DNA from: an uncultured Candidatus Rokubacteria bacterium
Lineage (GTDB): Bacteria; Methylomirabilota; Methylomirabilia; Rokubacteriales; DASRDR01
DNA length: 64,000 nucleotides
Assembly: GCA_963805625.1 (NCBI GenBank)
Contig: CAWDVE010000016.1
Location: 512,001-576,000, forward strand
Direction: 5' to 3'
Below are positions 19,752-29,669 of the stretch, in pieces. Numbering within the stretch: the first letter of the stretch is position 1; every line of letters begins with the position of its first letter. Position numbers and translations under genes: made by a program. Below the pieces are notes generated by a model. That model was not told the origin of the DNA. It was given only the letters and a program-made list of their open reading frames with translations, and ran no database searches.

Positions 19752-20339
19752 ATGACGAGGCGCACCCTTATCCAGGGGCTGGCCATCCTGCTCCTGGGGC
19801 TCGCGGCGTCTATCTGGCTGATTTCGCCGAAACGGCTGCTTCGGGTCCTCTCCCGGCTCACGGCCAACCTTCTGGGCCCTCGACTGGATGCTTCCTCTCC
19901 CACCGGAGTCCTGGGGCCGGCCGAGCTGGATAGCGTCGTCGCTTTCGCTGAAGTGCTGGCGGAAGGGGTCCCCCTGCCCTCCGAGGGGTTGCAGATCCTG
20001 GTAGAGCACGTCAACGGGCGCACTCGAACCACCCCTGGGTGCCTCTCGCTCTATCGGGCGACCGCCACGGCGCTCGATCGCCTGGCCAACCGCCCATTTT
20101 CCGCTCTCGATCTCCCTGAGCGCACCGCCGTGATCATGGAGCACGGCCTTGCGCACCCGGTACGCATCTGGGAGCACCTAGTCCCCGTCCGGCGTCACGC
20201 CCTAGCGGTGCGCTTCCTGGCGGTTCCCGATCTGATCGACGGCTACTATCGCTCGGCGGCAGGGTGGGCCATCGTTGGATATGCCGCCTTCCCCGGACGC
20301 TGCGGCGACCTGGTTCGTTACACTCGCCCGGAGCCCTGA
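19752..20339 (+). CDS. Gluconate 2-dehydrogenase subunit 3-like protein with Tat-like signal
   Basis: MTRRTLIQG; FSALDLPER; C-terminal GYYRSAAGWAIVGY; directly precedes a GMC oxidoreductase. Confidence 0.65.
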   Translation: MTRRTLIQGLAILLLGLAASIWLISPKRLLRVLSRLTANLLGPRLDASSPTGVLGPAELDSVVAFAEVLAEGVPLPSEGLQILVEHVNGRTRTTPGCLSLYRATATALDRLANRPFSALDLPERTAVIMEHGLAHPVRIWEHLVPVRRHALAVRFLAVPDLIDGYYRSAAGWAIVGYAAFPGRCGDLVRYTRPEP

Positions 20340-20345
20340 CCGCTC

Positions 20346-21941
20346 ATGGCCGTAGCGGACCCTCCGGAGCGGACGGAAGTCTGCATCATCGGCGCCGGAG
20401 CCGCGGGCGGGATTATCGCCGCAGAGTTGGTGCGGCGGGGCCTCCGGGTGGCCATGCTGGAATCAGGACCACGCCATGAGCTCGCCAAGCGGGCCGAGTA
20501 TGCAAGACGGTTCCTTCGAGGCGAGAACCCTTGGCGAACGGCTCTCACAGGGCTGGACCGCTACACGACAGGGGGGAGCGTCGCATATCGCCTCGAGTGG
20601 AACCGGGCGCGCGGGGTTGGCGGAAGCACGCTCCACTGGGAGGGTTACGCCCTGCGATTTCACGCGAATGATTTTCGCTTGCGCTCGCTTTACGGTATCG
20701 CCGACGATTGGCCGATCTCCTACCAAGATCTGGAGCCGTTCTATGCCCGAGCCGAGGTGAGTCTCGGGGTTGCCGGAGCCCCGGATGATCCGTGGGCCTC
20801 ACCGCGAAGCGCGGGCTTTCCGCTGCCGCCATTCTCATTCAGCTACTCCGATGGCGTGTTTGCCCAAGCCTGCAGCAGCCTCGGCATCGCCCTGCATCAC
20901 TATCCTCAGGCCAGAAACTCCGTCCCGTATGGCGGCCGCGCGCAATGTCGCGCCTGTGGCACCTGCCACGTCTGCCCCACGGGGGCCAAGGCGACCATCG
21001 ATCTCACCCACATCAGAGAGGCGGAGGCGACGGGCCGTCTCCAGCTCGTGACAGATGCGACGGCTCTGAGACTCCATGTCGATGAATCCGGCCAGGTGAC
21101 CTCCGTCGCATACGCGGGTCACGACCGGCGCGAGCGCAGGTCGGTCGCACGCATCTTCGTCGTCGCCGCCGGTGCGATCGAGACGGTCCGCCTCCTCCTC
21201 CTGTCCGCGTCAGAGCGCTTCCCGCGGGGTCTGGCGAATCGCAGCGGAGTCCTGGGAAAGTACTTCATGTCACACCCTGCGATCACGGTGACCGGGCGCC
21301 TGAAGGCAAAGGTCCATCCTTATCGCACGGGCTTCTCGAGCGCCATGTCGCGGCAGTTCGCCATTGACCGCATGCGGGCGAGAAGAGGCGCCTTCATGCT
21401 CGAGCTTCTCAACTCCGCCGGCCCTACACCGAACCAGATTGCTACTTCCAGTGGCCTCTGGGGGGAGGCGTTGCGGGGTCATGTTCGCGAAGAATTCGGG
21501 CACGTGCTCGGAATCCGGATCTCCTGCGAACAGCTCCCCGACGCGGCGAACTCGATCTCCCTGGACCCGGAGCTCAAGGACCACTTCGGGAATCCGGCGC
21601 CCCGCATCACATATGATGTCGGGTCGTACGAGCGTGAGACGCTCCACGAAGCGACGGGGGTGGCCCAGCGGATTCTCGGAGCCACCGGTGCGGTTGACGT
21701 CGAGTCCCACCCATTGTGGTTTCTCGCCCACCAGATCGGAACCCACCGCATGGGAACCGATCCGCGATCGAGCGTCGTCGATTCCGACCTCCGCGCTCAC
21801 GATGTGTCAAACCTCTATCTGGTGGGGAGCGGGTGCTTCGTCACCGCAAGCTCCTCGCCACCAACCCTGACCATTGCCGCGCTGGCGATCCGAGTCGCCG
21901 AGCACATCGCCGCCCGACTCCGTCGCGATGCGACCGCGTAG
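20346..21941 (+). CDS. GMC family oxidoreductase
   Basis: IIGAGAAGG; GVGGSTLHW; CxxCxxCxxCP; HQIGTHRMG; PTLTIAALA. Confidence 0.93.
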   Translation: MAVADPPERTEVCIIGAGAAGGIIAAELVRRGLRVAMLESGPRHELAKRAEYARRFLRGENPWRTALTGLDRYTTGGSVAYRLEWNRARGVGGSTLHWEGYALRFHANDFRLRSLYGIADDWPISYQDLEPFYARAEVSLGVAGAPDDPWASPRSAGFPLPPFSFSYSDGVFAQACSSLGIALHHYPQARNSVPYGGRAQCRACGTCHVCPTGAKATIDLTHIREAEATGRLQLVTDATALRLHVDESGQVTSVAYAGHDRRERRSVARIFVVAAGAIETVRLLLLSASERFPRGLANRSGVLGKYFMSHPAITVTGRLKAKVHPYRTGFSSAMSRQFAIDRMRARRGAFMLELLNSAGPTPNQIATSSGLWGEALRGHVREEFGHVLGIRISCEQLPDAANSISLDPELKDHFGNPAPRITYDVGSYERETLHEATGVAQRILGATGAVDVESHPLWFLAHQIGTHRMGTDPRSSVVDSDLRAHDVSNLYLVGSGCFVTASSSPPTLTIAALAIRVAEHIAARLRRDATA

Positions 21942-21944
21942 CCC

Positions 21945-22483
21945 GCAAATTCGCCCCCGGACGGCCACGCCGGCCCCCGCTTCGATGCTCGCGAGCGCCT
22001 CCATCGTCTCACCGGCGTCGATCTCACCCGGATCGATGGGATTGATGCCCCCATGGCCTCAGTGCGGTCGCCGAGATCGGGCTCGACATGACCGGTGGCC
22101 CACTGAGAAGCATTTCGCCTCCTGGCTCAGCCTCGCGCCCGGCAGCAAGGTCTCCGGGGGCAAGAAGCTCAGCAGCCGGACCAAACCCTCAGTCAGCCGG
22201 GTGGCGGCCGCGCTCCGTCTCACCGCCAGCTCTATCACAGCCAGTCCACCCTCGGCGCCTTCCACCGCCCACTGAAAGGCCGCTTCGGTGCTCCAGGCCA
22301 TCACCGCGACCGCCCACAAGCTCGGTCGGGCTCCGGTTCAGCACCGAATACGTCGACCGCGGTCAGGACTACTGCGAGCGACGGTACCAGCCCCGCGTCC
22401 TCTTCAATCTCACGCGCGTCCAAGAACTCGGCTACCGTCTCATCAAGAGCGACAACCTACCCACGACCACTTCACCGGCCTGA
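21945..22483 (+). pseudogene. IS110-family transposase remnant (C-terminal part, frameshifted)
   Basis: Fragments in different frames: LTGVDLTRIDGID; WPTEKHFASWLSLAPGSKVSGGK; AITATAHKL; EYVDRGQDY. Confidence 0.85.
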
Positions 22484-22499
22484 ACAGGTGACTTGGTCC

Positions 22500-22597
22500 C
22501 CGGCGACGCTGCCGAAGAGGTAGGCGGCCACGACACCGCGGTGCTCCCGCGCGAAGAACGCCCGGAGCGTCGGCTCGAAACCGCTTCAGTTCTTCAT
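22500..22597 (-). pseudogene. 5' remnant of a minimal nucleotidyltransferase (MNT-like) gene
   Basis: MKN*SGFEPTLRAFFAREHRGVVAAYLFGSVA; YLFGS motif; early in-frame stop; breaks off at the IS110 remnant before the DxD motif. Confidence 0.55.
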
Positions 22598-22742
22598 GAG
22601 CGGATTACAGAGCCGTTGACCCGACGCCGATTCTGACCGATTCAGGGAGCGTTGCGCCCTGGGTCGTGCCTCCGGTCGAGGGGTCAGGCCAGAGGGCGAG
22701 CATGCCGACCCAGGCGACTTGCCCCTCGGGCGGGATGCCGAG

Positions 22743-24098
22743 TCAGAACGACCGGATCAGGCGCTCCACCCGCTCGTCGTGAGCCTGGAACGGGTCCTTG
22801 CAGAGGATGGTCTCGCGCTCGGGGTCGTTCAGCTTGAGGTAGACCCAGTCCACCCGGTAGTCCTTGCCCTTGAGGTTCGCCCGGCGGATGAACTCGCCCC
22901 GGAGCCGGGCGCGCGTCGTCTGGGGCGGCGTGTGCTTGGCCCCCTCCACCTGCTCGTCGCGCACCAGCCGATCGACGCGGTCGTTCCGCGCCAGCAGGTA
23001 GTAGACGCCCTTGAAGGGCCGGATGTCGTGGTACTGGAGGTCGATGAGGGACACGCGGGGGTCCCGCCACGACAGGCGGTGCCGGGTCATGTAGTCCTCG
23101 ATCACCTGGCGCTTGATGACCCAGTCGACCTCACGGTCGCACTGGTTGGGGTCCGTTTCGAGCCGGGTCAGCATGTCGGCCCAGCGATCCAGGACATCGC
23201 GCGTCACCGGGTCGGCGTCGACGTGCTGCGCGTAGGCGAGGCACGCCTCCAGGTACTCCTTCTGGATCTCGAGGGCGGTCATGGCGCGCCCGTCCTTGAG
23301 CTTCACCGTCTCCCGGAGCCCTGGGTCGTGGGAGATGTCCCGGATGGCCTGGACCGGCGACTGGAGGCTGTAGTCCCGGTCGAAATAGCCGTCCTCGATC
23401 ATGTCGAGGACCACGGCGGTGGTGCCGACCTTGAGGTAGGTCGCGACCTCCGACATGTTCGAGTCGCCGACGATCACGTGGAGCCGCCGGTACTTCTCCG
23501 CGTCCGCGTGGGGCTCGTCGCGCGTATTGATGATGGAGCGGGACGAGGTGGTGGCGCCGGAGATCTCCTGGCAGATGTGCTGGGCGCGCTGCGACAGGCA
23601 ATAGTGGAAGCCCCGCGGCGTCTGGAGGACCTTGCCGGCGCCCGCGAAGATCTGGCGGGTCACGAAGAACGGGATCAGCGCCTCGGCGAGCCGCTGGAAC
23701 GAGACGTCGCGTGACACCAGGTAGTTCTCGTGGCAGCCGTACGAATTGCCCGCCGAGTCGGTGTTGTTCTTGAAGAGGAGGATGTTCCCCGAGATCCCGT
23801 CCTCGCGGAGCCGCTTCTCGGCCTGGTGCAGGAGGTCCTCGACGATGCGCTCGCCGGCCTTGTCGTAGACGACCAGGTCCATCACGTCGTCGCACTCCGG
23901 AGTGGCGTACTCCGGATGGAAGCCGGTGTCGAGATAGAGTCGCGCCCCGTTCTCCAGGAAGACGTTGGCGTTGCGCGCTCCCGGAATGACCTTCTCGAAG
24001 AGATAACGAGCGACGTTGTCCGGGGAGAGCCGGCGCTGACCGTTCAGCGTGCACGTCAGCCCGTACTCGTTCTCGAGCCCGAAGATGCGTCGCTTCAT
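22743..24098 (-). CDS. pafA: Pup--protein ligase
   Basis: [11 protein letters not shown]; [20 protein letters not shown]; [18 protein letters not shown]; [11 protein letters not shown]; DLQYHDI. Confidence 0.95.
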   Translation of the reverse strand: MKRRIFGLENEYGLTCTLNGQRRLSPDNVARYLFEKVIPGARNANVFLENGARLYLDTGFHPEYATPECDDVMDLVVYDKAGERIVEDLLHQAEKRLREDGISGNILLFKNNTDSAGNSYGCHENYLVSRDVSFQRLAEALIPFFVTRQIFAGAGKVLQTPRGFHYCLSQRAQHICQEISGATTSSRSIINTRDEPHADAEKYRRLHVIVGDSNMSEVATYLKVGTTAVVLDMIEDGYFDRDYSLQSPVQAIRDISHDPGLRETVKLKDGRAMTALEIQKEYLEACLAYAQHVDADPVTRDVLDRWADMLTRLETDPNQCDREVDWVIKRQVIEDYMTRHRLSWRDPRVSLIDLQYHDIRPFKGVYYLLARNDRVDRLVRDEQVEGAKHTPPQTTRARLRGEFIRRANLKGKDYRVDWVYLKLNDPERETILCKDPFQAHDERVERLIRSF

Positions 24099-24820
24099 GA
24101 GGTCCCCGTGGGCCGGCCGCCCTCTGGCGGGTCGGGACGCCCGAGGATCGTGCGGAGCTCGCCGTTGGCGACGCGCCGGAACTTCCGGCGCTCGCGCTTC
24201 TGGTCGAGCACCGCGACCTCGAGGTCGCGGTCCGTCAGCGTCTTGTTCTGCGTGACCGTCAGTGCACGGATCCCCAGCCGCACCGCCTCGGCGAGGGGGG
24301 TGCCCTCTCGGTAGTGCTCCTTGAGGAAGCGGCGGATCTCCTCCGCCTGGCCACCCATGGCCGCGTAGTTGCGCTCGTCCTCGATCGACCCGTCGTAGAG
24401 GACATGATACATCTCGTTCTTCCCGTTGGAGCCGTCGGCCACCTCGACGACCAGCACCTCGACCTCGAACGGCTTGAGCCCCTCGGTGAAGATGGTCCCG
24501 AGCGCCTGGGAATAGGCGTTGGCGAGCGCCTTCGCGGTCACGTCCTCACGGTGGTACGAGTAGCCGCGGAGGTCGGCGTGCCGCACCCCTGCGATCCTGA
24601 GATTCTCGAACTCGTTGTACTTGCCGACCCCGGCGAAGGCGATCCGGTCGTAGATCTCGGAGATCTTGTGGAGCAGGGTGGAGGGGTTCTCGGCGACCAG
24701 GAGCACGCCATCCTGGTACTCGAGAGCGACGATGGACCGGCCGCGGGCGATGCCCTTGCGGGCATACTCGGCCTTGTCCTTCATCATCTGCTCGGGCGAG
24801 ACGTAGTAGGGAAGGGGCAT
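24095..24820 (-). CDS. prcA: 20S proteasome alpha subunit
   Basis: [26 protein letters not shown]; [24 protein letters not shown]. Confidence 0.95.
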   Translation of the reverse strand: MPLPYYVSPEQMMKDKAEYARKGIARGRSIVALEYQDGVLLVAENPSTLLHKISEIYDRIAFAGVGKYNEFENLRIAGVRHADLRGYSYHREDVTAKALANAYSQALGTIFTEGLKPFEVEVLVVEVADGSNGKNEMYHVLYDGSIEDERNYAAMGGQAEEIRRFLKEHYREGTPLAEAVRLGIRALTVTQNKTLTDRDLEVAVLDQKRERRKFRRVANGELRTILGRPDPPEGGRPTGTS

Positions 24821-24823
24821 GGA

Positions 24824-25654
24824 TCAGCGTCCCTGGCGCCGCGCCGCCACCACGGCCTCGCACTGGGCTCGCACCTCGGCCTCGGCGACCTCCTCGAACC
24901 CGGCGCGGGTGATCACCTTCACGGTCGGGAAGATCCCGTAGGTGAAATCGGGGCCGCCGGTCCCCACGTCTTCCTCCGCCGCGTCGACGAGCGCCTCGGC
25001 TGCCCAGCGGATTCCGTCGACTCGCGACGCGCCCGTCCGGTACAGCTTCTTGAGCGTGGTGCGCGCGTCCTTGCCGCCCGACCCGGTCGCCGCGTAGTCG
25101 GTCTCCTCGTACCGGCCCCCCGTGACGTCGTAATTGAAGATCCGCCCCTCGGCGCGGCGCAGGTCGTAGCCGGCGAAGATGGGCACGACCACGAGGCCCT
25201 GCAACGCCATCGGGAGGTTCATCCGGATCATCTGGCCGAGCTTGTTCGCCTTGCCTTCGAGCGACAGGCCGTCGCCCTCCACCTTCTCGTAGTGCTCGAG
25301 CTCCGTCTGGAACAGGCGGGCCATCTCGATCGCCGGTCCGGCCGCGCCGGCGATCGCGACCGCGGAGTACTCATCGGTCTTGTAGACCTTCTCGATCCGC
25401 CGGTGGGCGACCTGGTAGCCCTCGGTGGCCTGCCGGTCGCCGGCGACGATGACCCCGTCGGCGTACCGCAGCGCGAGGATCGTCGTCCCGGTCGGCACGC
25501 CCGGAACGCCGTGGGGCTCGGCATGGGGGGCCGGCCCGCTCACACCGGGGCGTGAGCCGAGCAGGTCCGGCGCCTCCTGGCGCAGGAGATCCACGAAGCT
25601 CCGGTTCACGTAGCGCCCGAAGAGACCTTGCCAGGACTCGTGCATGGGGGCCAT
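24824..25654 (-). CDS. prcB: 20S proteasome beta subunit with propeptide
   Basis: G-TTILAL autoprocessing site; AGDRQAT; LEHYEKVEG; ATGSGG. Confidence 0.95.
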   Translation of the reverse strand: MAPMHESWQGLFGRYVNRSFVDLLRQEAPDLLGSRPGVSGPAPHAEPHGVPGVPTGTTILALRYADGVIVAGDRQATEGYQVAHRRIEKVYKTDEYSAVAIAGAAGPAIEMARLFQTELEHYEKVEGDGLSLEGKANKLGQMIRMNLPMALQGLVVVPIFAGYDLRRAEGRIFNYDVTGGRYEETDYAATGSGGKDARTTLKKLYRTGASRVDGIRWAAEALVDAAEEDVGTGGPDFTYGIFPTVKVITRAGFEEVAEAEVRAQCEAVVAARRQGR

Positions 25655-25665
25655 CCGTAGGGGGG

Positions 25666-25671
25666 ATTATA
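25666..25671 (-). promoter_or_regulatory. -10 element just upstream of prcB
   Basis: Perfect TATAAT 11 nt upstream of ATG 25654 in GC-rich context; no clear -35. Confidence 0.5.
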
Positions 25672-25948
25672 CAGCCGAGCTTCGCCGGGAGCCGCGCCTT
25701 CCGGCGCCCCGGGTGTCCGGCTCTAGCGCCGTGGCCGATCCGCATCGCATCCCGTCGTCCTCGGTCGTCGGCGGCCCTCAACGTACAGGAGTACGCCTCG
25801 GGCCGCCTTCTCCCTGCGTCCTAGGGCTGCTCGCGTCTCGGCCACGGCACAAGTGGCCCGACAAGGCATCTAGAGTCCTTGAAGGACAGAACTTGGTGTG
25901 AATGAGTCAAGTTTTCGTGGGGCAACGATCTTGGGGGCGCCCACGGCT

Positions 25949-27445
25949 CTAGACGATGGTCGGCTTCGAGATGTTCTTGAGGAGATCCCGCGCGGTCGGC
26001 GACTGGTCGAACAGCCGACGCACGAGGGCCTCGGTGCCCCGCAGGGGCTCGAGCATGAAGATCTTCTTCAGCGGCCCCTCCTTGAGGTCGAAGAGCACCG
26101 AGTCCCACGAGGCCGAGACGATGTCCTCGGAGTAGCGCTGGAGGCACATCCCCCGGAAGTAGGCCCGCGTGTCGCGCGGGGGGTCGTTGACCGCTCGCGC
26201 GATCTCCTCGTCGCTCGCGATTCGCTCGACCGCCTCGGACTGCTCGAGCTTGTAGTAGAGGCCCTTGCTCGGCCGGATGTCGTGGTACTGGAGGTCGATC
26301 ATCGCCACCCGGGAATCGGTCCAGCCCACTCCGTGCTTGGCCCGATAGCTCTCGAGGAGATCGAGCTTGATCACCCAGTCGAGCTCGCGGCTGAGTGACA
26401 TCGGATCCTGGGCGAGCCGGTCCAGCACGTGCTCCCACCGCACCAGGACGTCCTTCGTCACGGGATCGAGCTCCCGGTCCCGGTAGTAGCGGTGGGCCAG
26501 CTCCAGGAACTCCCGCTGGAGGTCGATGGCCGTCACGGTCCGCCCGTCGCGGAGGCGAAGCGTCGACCGGCAGGCGAGGTCGCGGGAGACCTGGCGGAAG
26601 GCCTGGACCGGGCTGTCCAGCGAGAGGTCCCGGTCGATGAAGTCGTCCTCGATCATGGACAGGACGATCGCCGTGGTCCCGACCTTGAGGTAGTTCGCCA
26701 CCTCCGACATGTTGGCGTCGCCCACGATCACGTGGAGCCGGCGGTACTTCTCGGGATCGGCGTGCGGCTCGTCCCGGGTGTTGATGATGGGGCGGGAATG
26801 CATCGTCTCGAGGCCGACCTCCGTCTCGAGGAAGTCCGCACGCTGCGAGACCTGGTACTCGGTGTACTCGAGGTTGTTCTCCGACCCGACCTTGCCCGCG
26901 CCGGTGAAGATCTGGCGCGTGACCAGGAAGGGCATCATGTACTGGACGATCCGCGTGAAGGGGCAGCGCCGGTCCATGAGGTAGTTCTCGTGGGTGCCGT
27001 AGCTGTTGCCCTTGGAGTCGGTGTTGTTCTTGTAGATGAGGATGCGCTGCTCGGGCGGGGAGGCTGCTTCCGCGCGCCGGCGTGCCAGGTCGAGGATTCG
27101 CTCGCCCGCCCGGTCCCAGACCACGAGGTCCCGCGGGTTCGTGCACTCCGGAGTCGAGTACTCGGGGTGGGCGTGGTCGACGTAGAACCGGGCCCCGTTG
27201 GGCAGGATCAGGTTGATGAGGCGCGACTCCTCCTTGGACGGGAGCTCCTTCTCCTCGGCGTACTCGAACCCCCGGGCGTCCCTGAGCGGGCTCTCGGCCT
27301 CGTAATCCCAGCGGATGCGGGCGGTGCGGTAGGTCTCGTAGGAGTTGATGAGGAGGAGGGAGGACAGGATCGGGTTGAAGTCCGCCTGGTTGCGGACCGT
27401 GATCCCGTACTCGGTCTCGATCCCCATCACCTTCGGGATGGCCAT
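25949..27445 (-). CDS. dop: Pup deamidase/depupylase
   Basis: VMGIETEYG; Dop-loop RWDYEAESPLRDARGF; NGARFYVDHAHPEYSTPE; SASWDSV. Confidence 0.95.
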   Translation of the reverse strand: MAIPKVMGIETEYGITVRNQADFNPILSSLLLINSYETYRTARIRWDYEAESPLRDARGFEYAEEKELPSKEESRLINLILPNGARFYVDHAHPEYSTPECTNPRDLVVWDRAGERILDLARRRAEAASPPEQRILIYKNNTDSKGNSYGTHENYLMDRRCPFTRIVQYMMPFLVTRQIFTGAGKVGSENNLEYTEYQVSQRADFLETEVGLETMHSRPIINTRDEPHADPEKYRRLHVIVGDANMSEVANYLKVGTTAIVLSMIEDDFIDRDLSLDSPVQAFRQVSRDLACRSTLRLRDGRTVTAIDLQREFLELAHRYYRDRELDPVTKDVLVRWEHVLDRLAQDPMSLSRELDWVIKLDLLESYRAKHGVGWTDSRVAMIDLQYHDIRPSKGLYYKLEQSEAVERIASDEEIARAVNDPPRDTRAYFRGMCLQRYSEDIVSASWDSVLFDLKEGPLKKIFMLEPLRGTEALVRRLFDQSPTARDLLKNISKPTIV

Positions 27446-27520
27446 GCCGTCCTCGAGCCGGTCCGCGTCACCCGTGCCTACCGGCGCCCTCCGGCGCCCC
27501 GCTGGGAACGCGGCCGACAG

Positions 27521-27558
27521 AAAAGGGGTGAGGGGGCGACCCGCGCTCCCTCACCCCT
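27521..27558 (-). terminator. Intrinsic terminator after arc
   Basis: AGGGGTGAGGG / CCCTCACCCCT stem followed by a short T-run on the minus strand. Confidence 0.7.
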
Positions 27559-27563
27559 GCCGC

Positions 27564-29387
27564 CTACAGGTACTGGCCGGTAGTCTGACGCTCCACGGGT
27601 CGGTGCTTGTCCTTGCTCTCGCCCGTGAGCGGCTTGACGTAGACGATCCGCTCGCCCTTCTTCCCCGCGATCTTCGCCCAGTCGTCGGGGTTGGTCGTGT
27701 TGGGCAGGTCCTCGTTCTCCTTGAACTCCTCGCGCACGGCCGCCAGCAGGTCGTCGAGCTTGACGCCCTTCTCGGCGCTCGCGATGTAGCGCTTGAGCGC
27801 GAGCTTCTTGGCGCGACGCACGACCGACTCCATCATCGCGCCCGAGGCGAAGTCCTTGAAGTACAGGATCTCCTTGTCCCCGTTGGCGTAGGTGACCTCG
27901 AGGAAGCGGTTCTCGTCCGCGATGGTGTACATGGCGTCGACCGCCATCTCGATGAGCCGCGCGATGGCCGCCGACATGTCATCGCCGTGGGGCCGGAGCT
28001 CCTGCTCGTGCATCGGGATATCCGGCGTGAGGTACTTTGCCATGATGTCGGCCGCCGCCTGACGGTCCGGCCGGTCGATCTTGATCTTCACGTCGAGCCG
28101 CCCGGGCCGAAGGATGGCGGGATCGATCAGGTCCTGCCGGTTCGAGGCGCCGATCACGATGACGTTCTTGAGCCCCTCGACCCCGTCGATCTCGGCCAGG
28201 AGCTGCGGCACGATGGTCGTCTCGACGTCGGAGGAGATCCCCGAGCCGCGCGTGCGGAAGAGCGCGTCCATCTCGTCGAAGAAGACGACGACGGGCACGT
28301 CCTCGGCGGCCTTCTCCTTGGCCTTGACGAAGATCTCCCGGATCTTCCGCTCGGTCTCGCCCACGTACTTGTTGAGGAGCTCGGGGCCCTTGATGTTCAT
28401 GAAGAAGCCCTTGATCTTCTCCCCGCGCTTCTCCGAGACCTTCTCTGCCAGGTTGTTCGCGACCGCCTTGGCGATCATCGTCTTGCCGCACCCCGGCGGC
28501 CCGTAGAGGAGGACGCCCTTGGGCGGCGCGAGCTTGTGCTCGCGGTAGTAGTCGGCGTAGAGATACGGGAGCTCCACCGCGTCCCGGATCGCCTCGATCT
28601 GGGACGTGAGGCCGCCGATGTCCTCGTACTGGATGTCGGGGACCTCCTCGAGAGCCAGGTCCTCGACCTCGCTCTTCGGCAGCTTCTCCAGGAGGTAGCC
28701 CGACTTCGAGTCCATGAGGAGGTGATCGCCAACCTTGAGCTTGGCCGGGCGGAGCGGCTCCGCGATGACCGCGACCTTCTCCTCGTCCGCCCGCACCGTG
28801 ACGACCGCGCGCGCCTCGTCCAGGGTCTCCTTCATGATGACGACCTCGCCCTGGATCTCGTAGCCCGCCGTCTCGATGACGTTCAGGCCCTCGTTCAGGA
28901 CGAGCTCCTGCCCCGGCTTGATCGATTCCTTCCCGATCGACGGGTGGAGGTTCACCTTGACCTTGCGCCCGCTCGACAGGATGTTCACCGTGCCGTCGTC
29001 GTTCAGCGAGAGGAACACGCCGTAGCTGGAGGGTGGCGCGCAGAGCTTGTCCACCTCTTCCTTCAGGGAGGAGATCTGCTCGCGCGCCTCGTAGAGCGTG
29101 TTCACGAGCTTCTCGTTCTGGTTGAAGGCCTGGACCAGCTGCCGGTTCGCCTCCCGCAGCTTGTTCTCCAGGACGACGAAGTCCTTGGGGATCTCCTCGA
29201 GCTTCTTCCGGAGATGCACGACCTCCGTCTCCATGGCCCGGGCGTGAGCCTGGAGATCCTGGATTTGGATCTCGTACTCCGTCAGGCGGCGGCGGTAGGC
29301 GGATTCCGTCATTGGCAGGAATTTTGACAGCCCCTTGACACCCTCGGAGTCACGGGGAGGATTCGCCTTCTTTTCGAACTCTTTCAT
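27564..29387 (-). CDS. arc: Proteasome ATPase ARC/Mpa
   Basis: N-terminal coiled coil; GPPGCGKT; [16 protein letters not shown]; FFDEMD; [12 protein letters not shown]; C-terminal GQYL docking motif. Confidence 0.96.
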   Translation of the reverse strand: MKEFEKKANPPRDSEGVKGLSKFLPMTESAYRRRLTEYEIQIQDLQAHARAMETEVVHLRKKLEEIPKDFVVLENKLREANRQLVQAFNQNEKLVNTLYEAREQISSLKEEVDKLCAPPSSYGVFLSLNDDGTVNILSSGRKVKVNLHPSIGKESIKPGQELVLNEGLNVIETAGYEIQGEVVIMKETLDEARAVVTVRADEEKVAVIAEPLRPAKLKVGDHLLMDSKSGYLLEKLPKSEVEDLALEEVPDIQYEDIGGLTSQIEAIRDAVELPYLYADYYREHKLAPPKGVLLYGPPGCGKTMIAKAVANNLAEKVSEKRGEKIKGFFMNIKGPELLNKYVGETERKIREIFVKAKEKAAEDVPVVVFFDEMDALFRTRGSGISSDVETTIVPQLLAEIDGVEGLKNVIVIGASNRQDLIDPAILRPGRLDVKIKIDRPDRQAAADIMAKYLTPDIPMHEQELRPHGDDMSAAIARLIEMAVDAMYTIADENRFLEVTYANGDKEILYFKDFASGAMMESVVRRAKKLALKRYIASAEKGVKLDDLLAAVREEFKENEDLPNTTNPDDWAKIAGKKGERIVYVKPLTGESKDKHRPVERQTTGQYL

Positions 29388-29474
29388 GGCCTCCCGTCCC
29401 TCTCGGCGAGCACTGAGACCGCGCCGCGCCGGCCGGGTCCGGCGCGGGCGACTCTACCCCCGCCAGCTTGAGCA

Positions 29475-29504
29475 ACTATAGGCGGCGCTGGAAAAAAAAG
29501 TCAA
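29475..29504 (-). promoter_or_regulatory. Sigma-70 promoter upstream of arc
   Basis: TTGACT-N18-TATAGT. Confidence 0.65.
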
Positions 29505-29575
29505 GTTGTGGAGCCATTCCCGCCCCCGTTCAGACGTGCCGTTGCCATCACGCTGCCTTCTGACGCCCGAAACCG

Positions 29576-29591
29576 TGCAACGCCGGTGCCA
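29576..29591 (-). promoter_or_regulatory. Sigma-54 promoter upstream of arc
   Basis: TGGCAC-CGGCG-TTGCA, exact -24/-12 consensus, oriented toward arc. Confidence 0.7.
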
Positions 29592-29669
29592 GCGACGAGT
29601 CGGGCGCGGGTCGAAAGGTCCCGCGCGAGAGGGGTCCGCGGAGCCGAGACATCTCTATAATGGGCGCCA

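Noticed and set aside
13993-22742. Prophage, ICE or tRNA-anchored island
   Set aside because: No integrase, tRNA, att repeats, phage or conjugation genes seen; only IS elements and cargo.
25723-25869. 48-aa minus-strand ORF (MPCRATCAVAE...DRPRR) in the pup slot
   Set aside because: Basic and Cys-containing, with no acidic helix and no GG[EQ] terminus; does not resemble Pup or UBact.
29501-29548. 15-aa uORF MATARLNGGGNGSTT upstream of arc
   Set aside because: Weak RBS, overlaps the sigma-70 -35 box, no informative composition.
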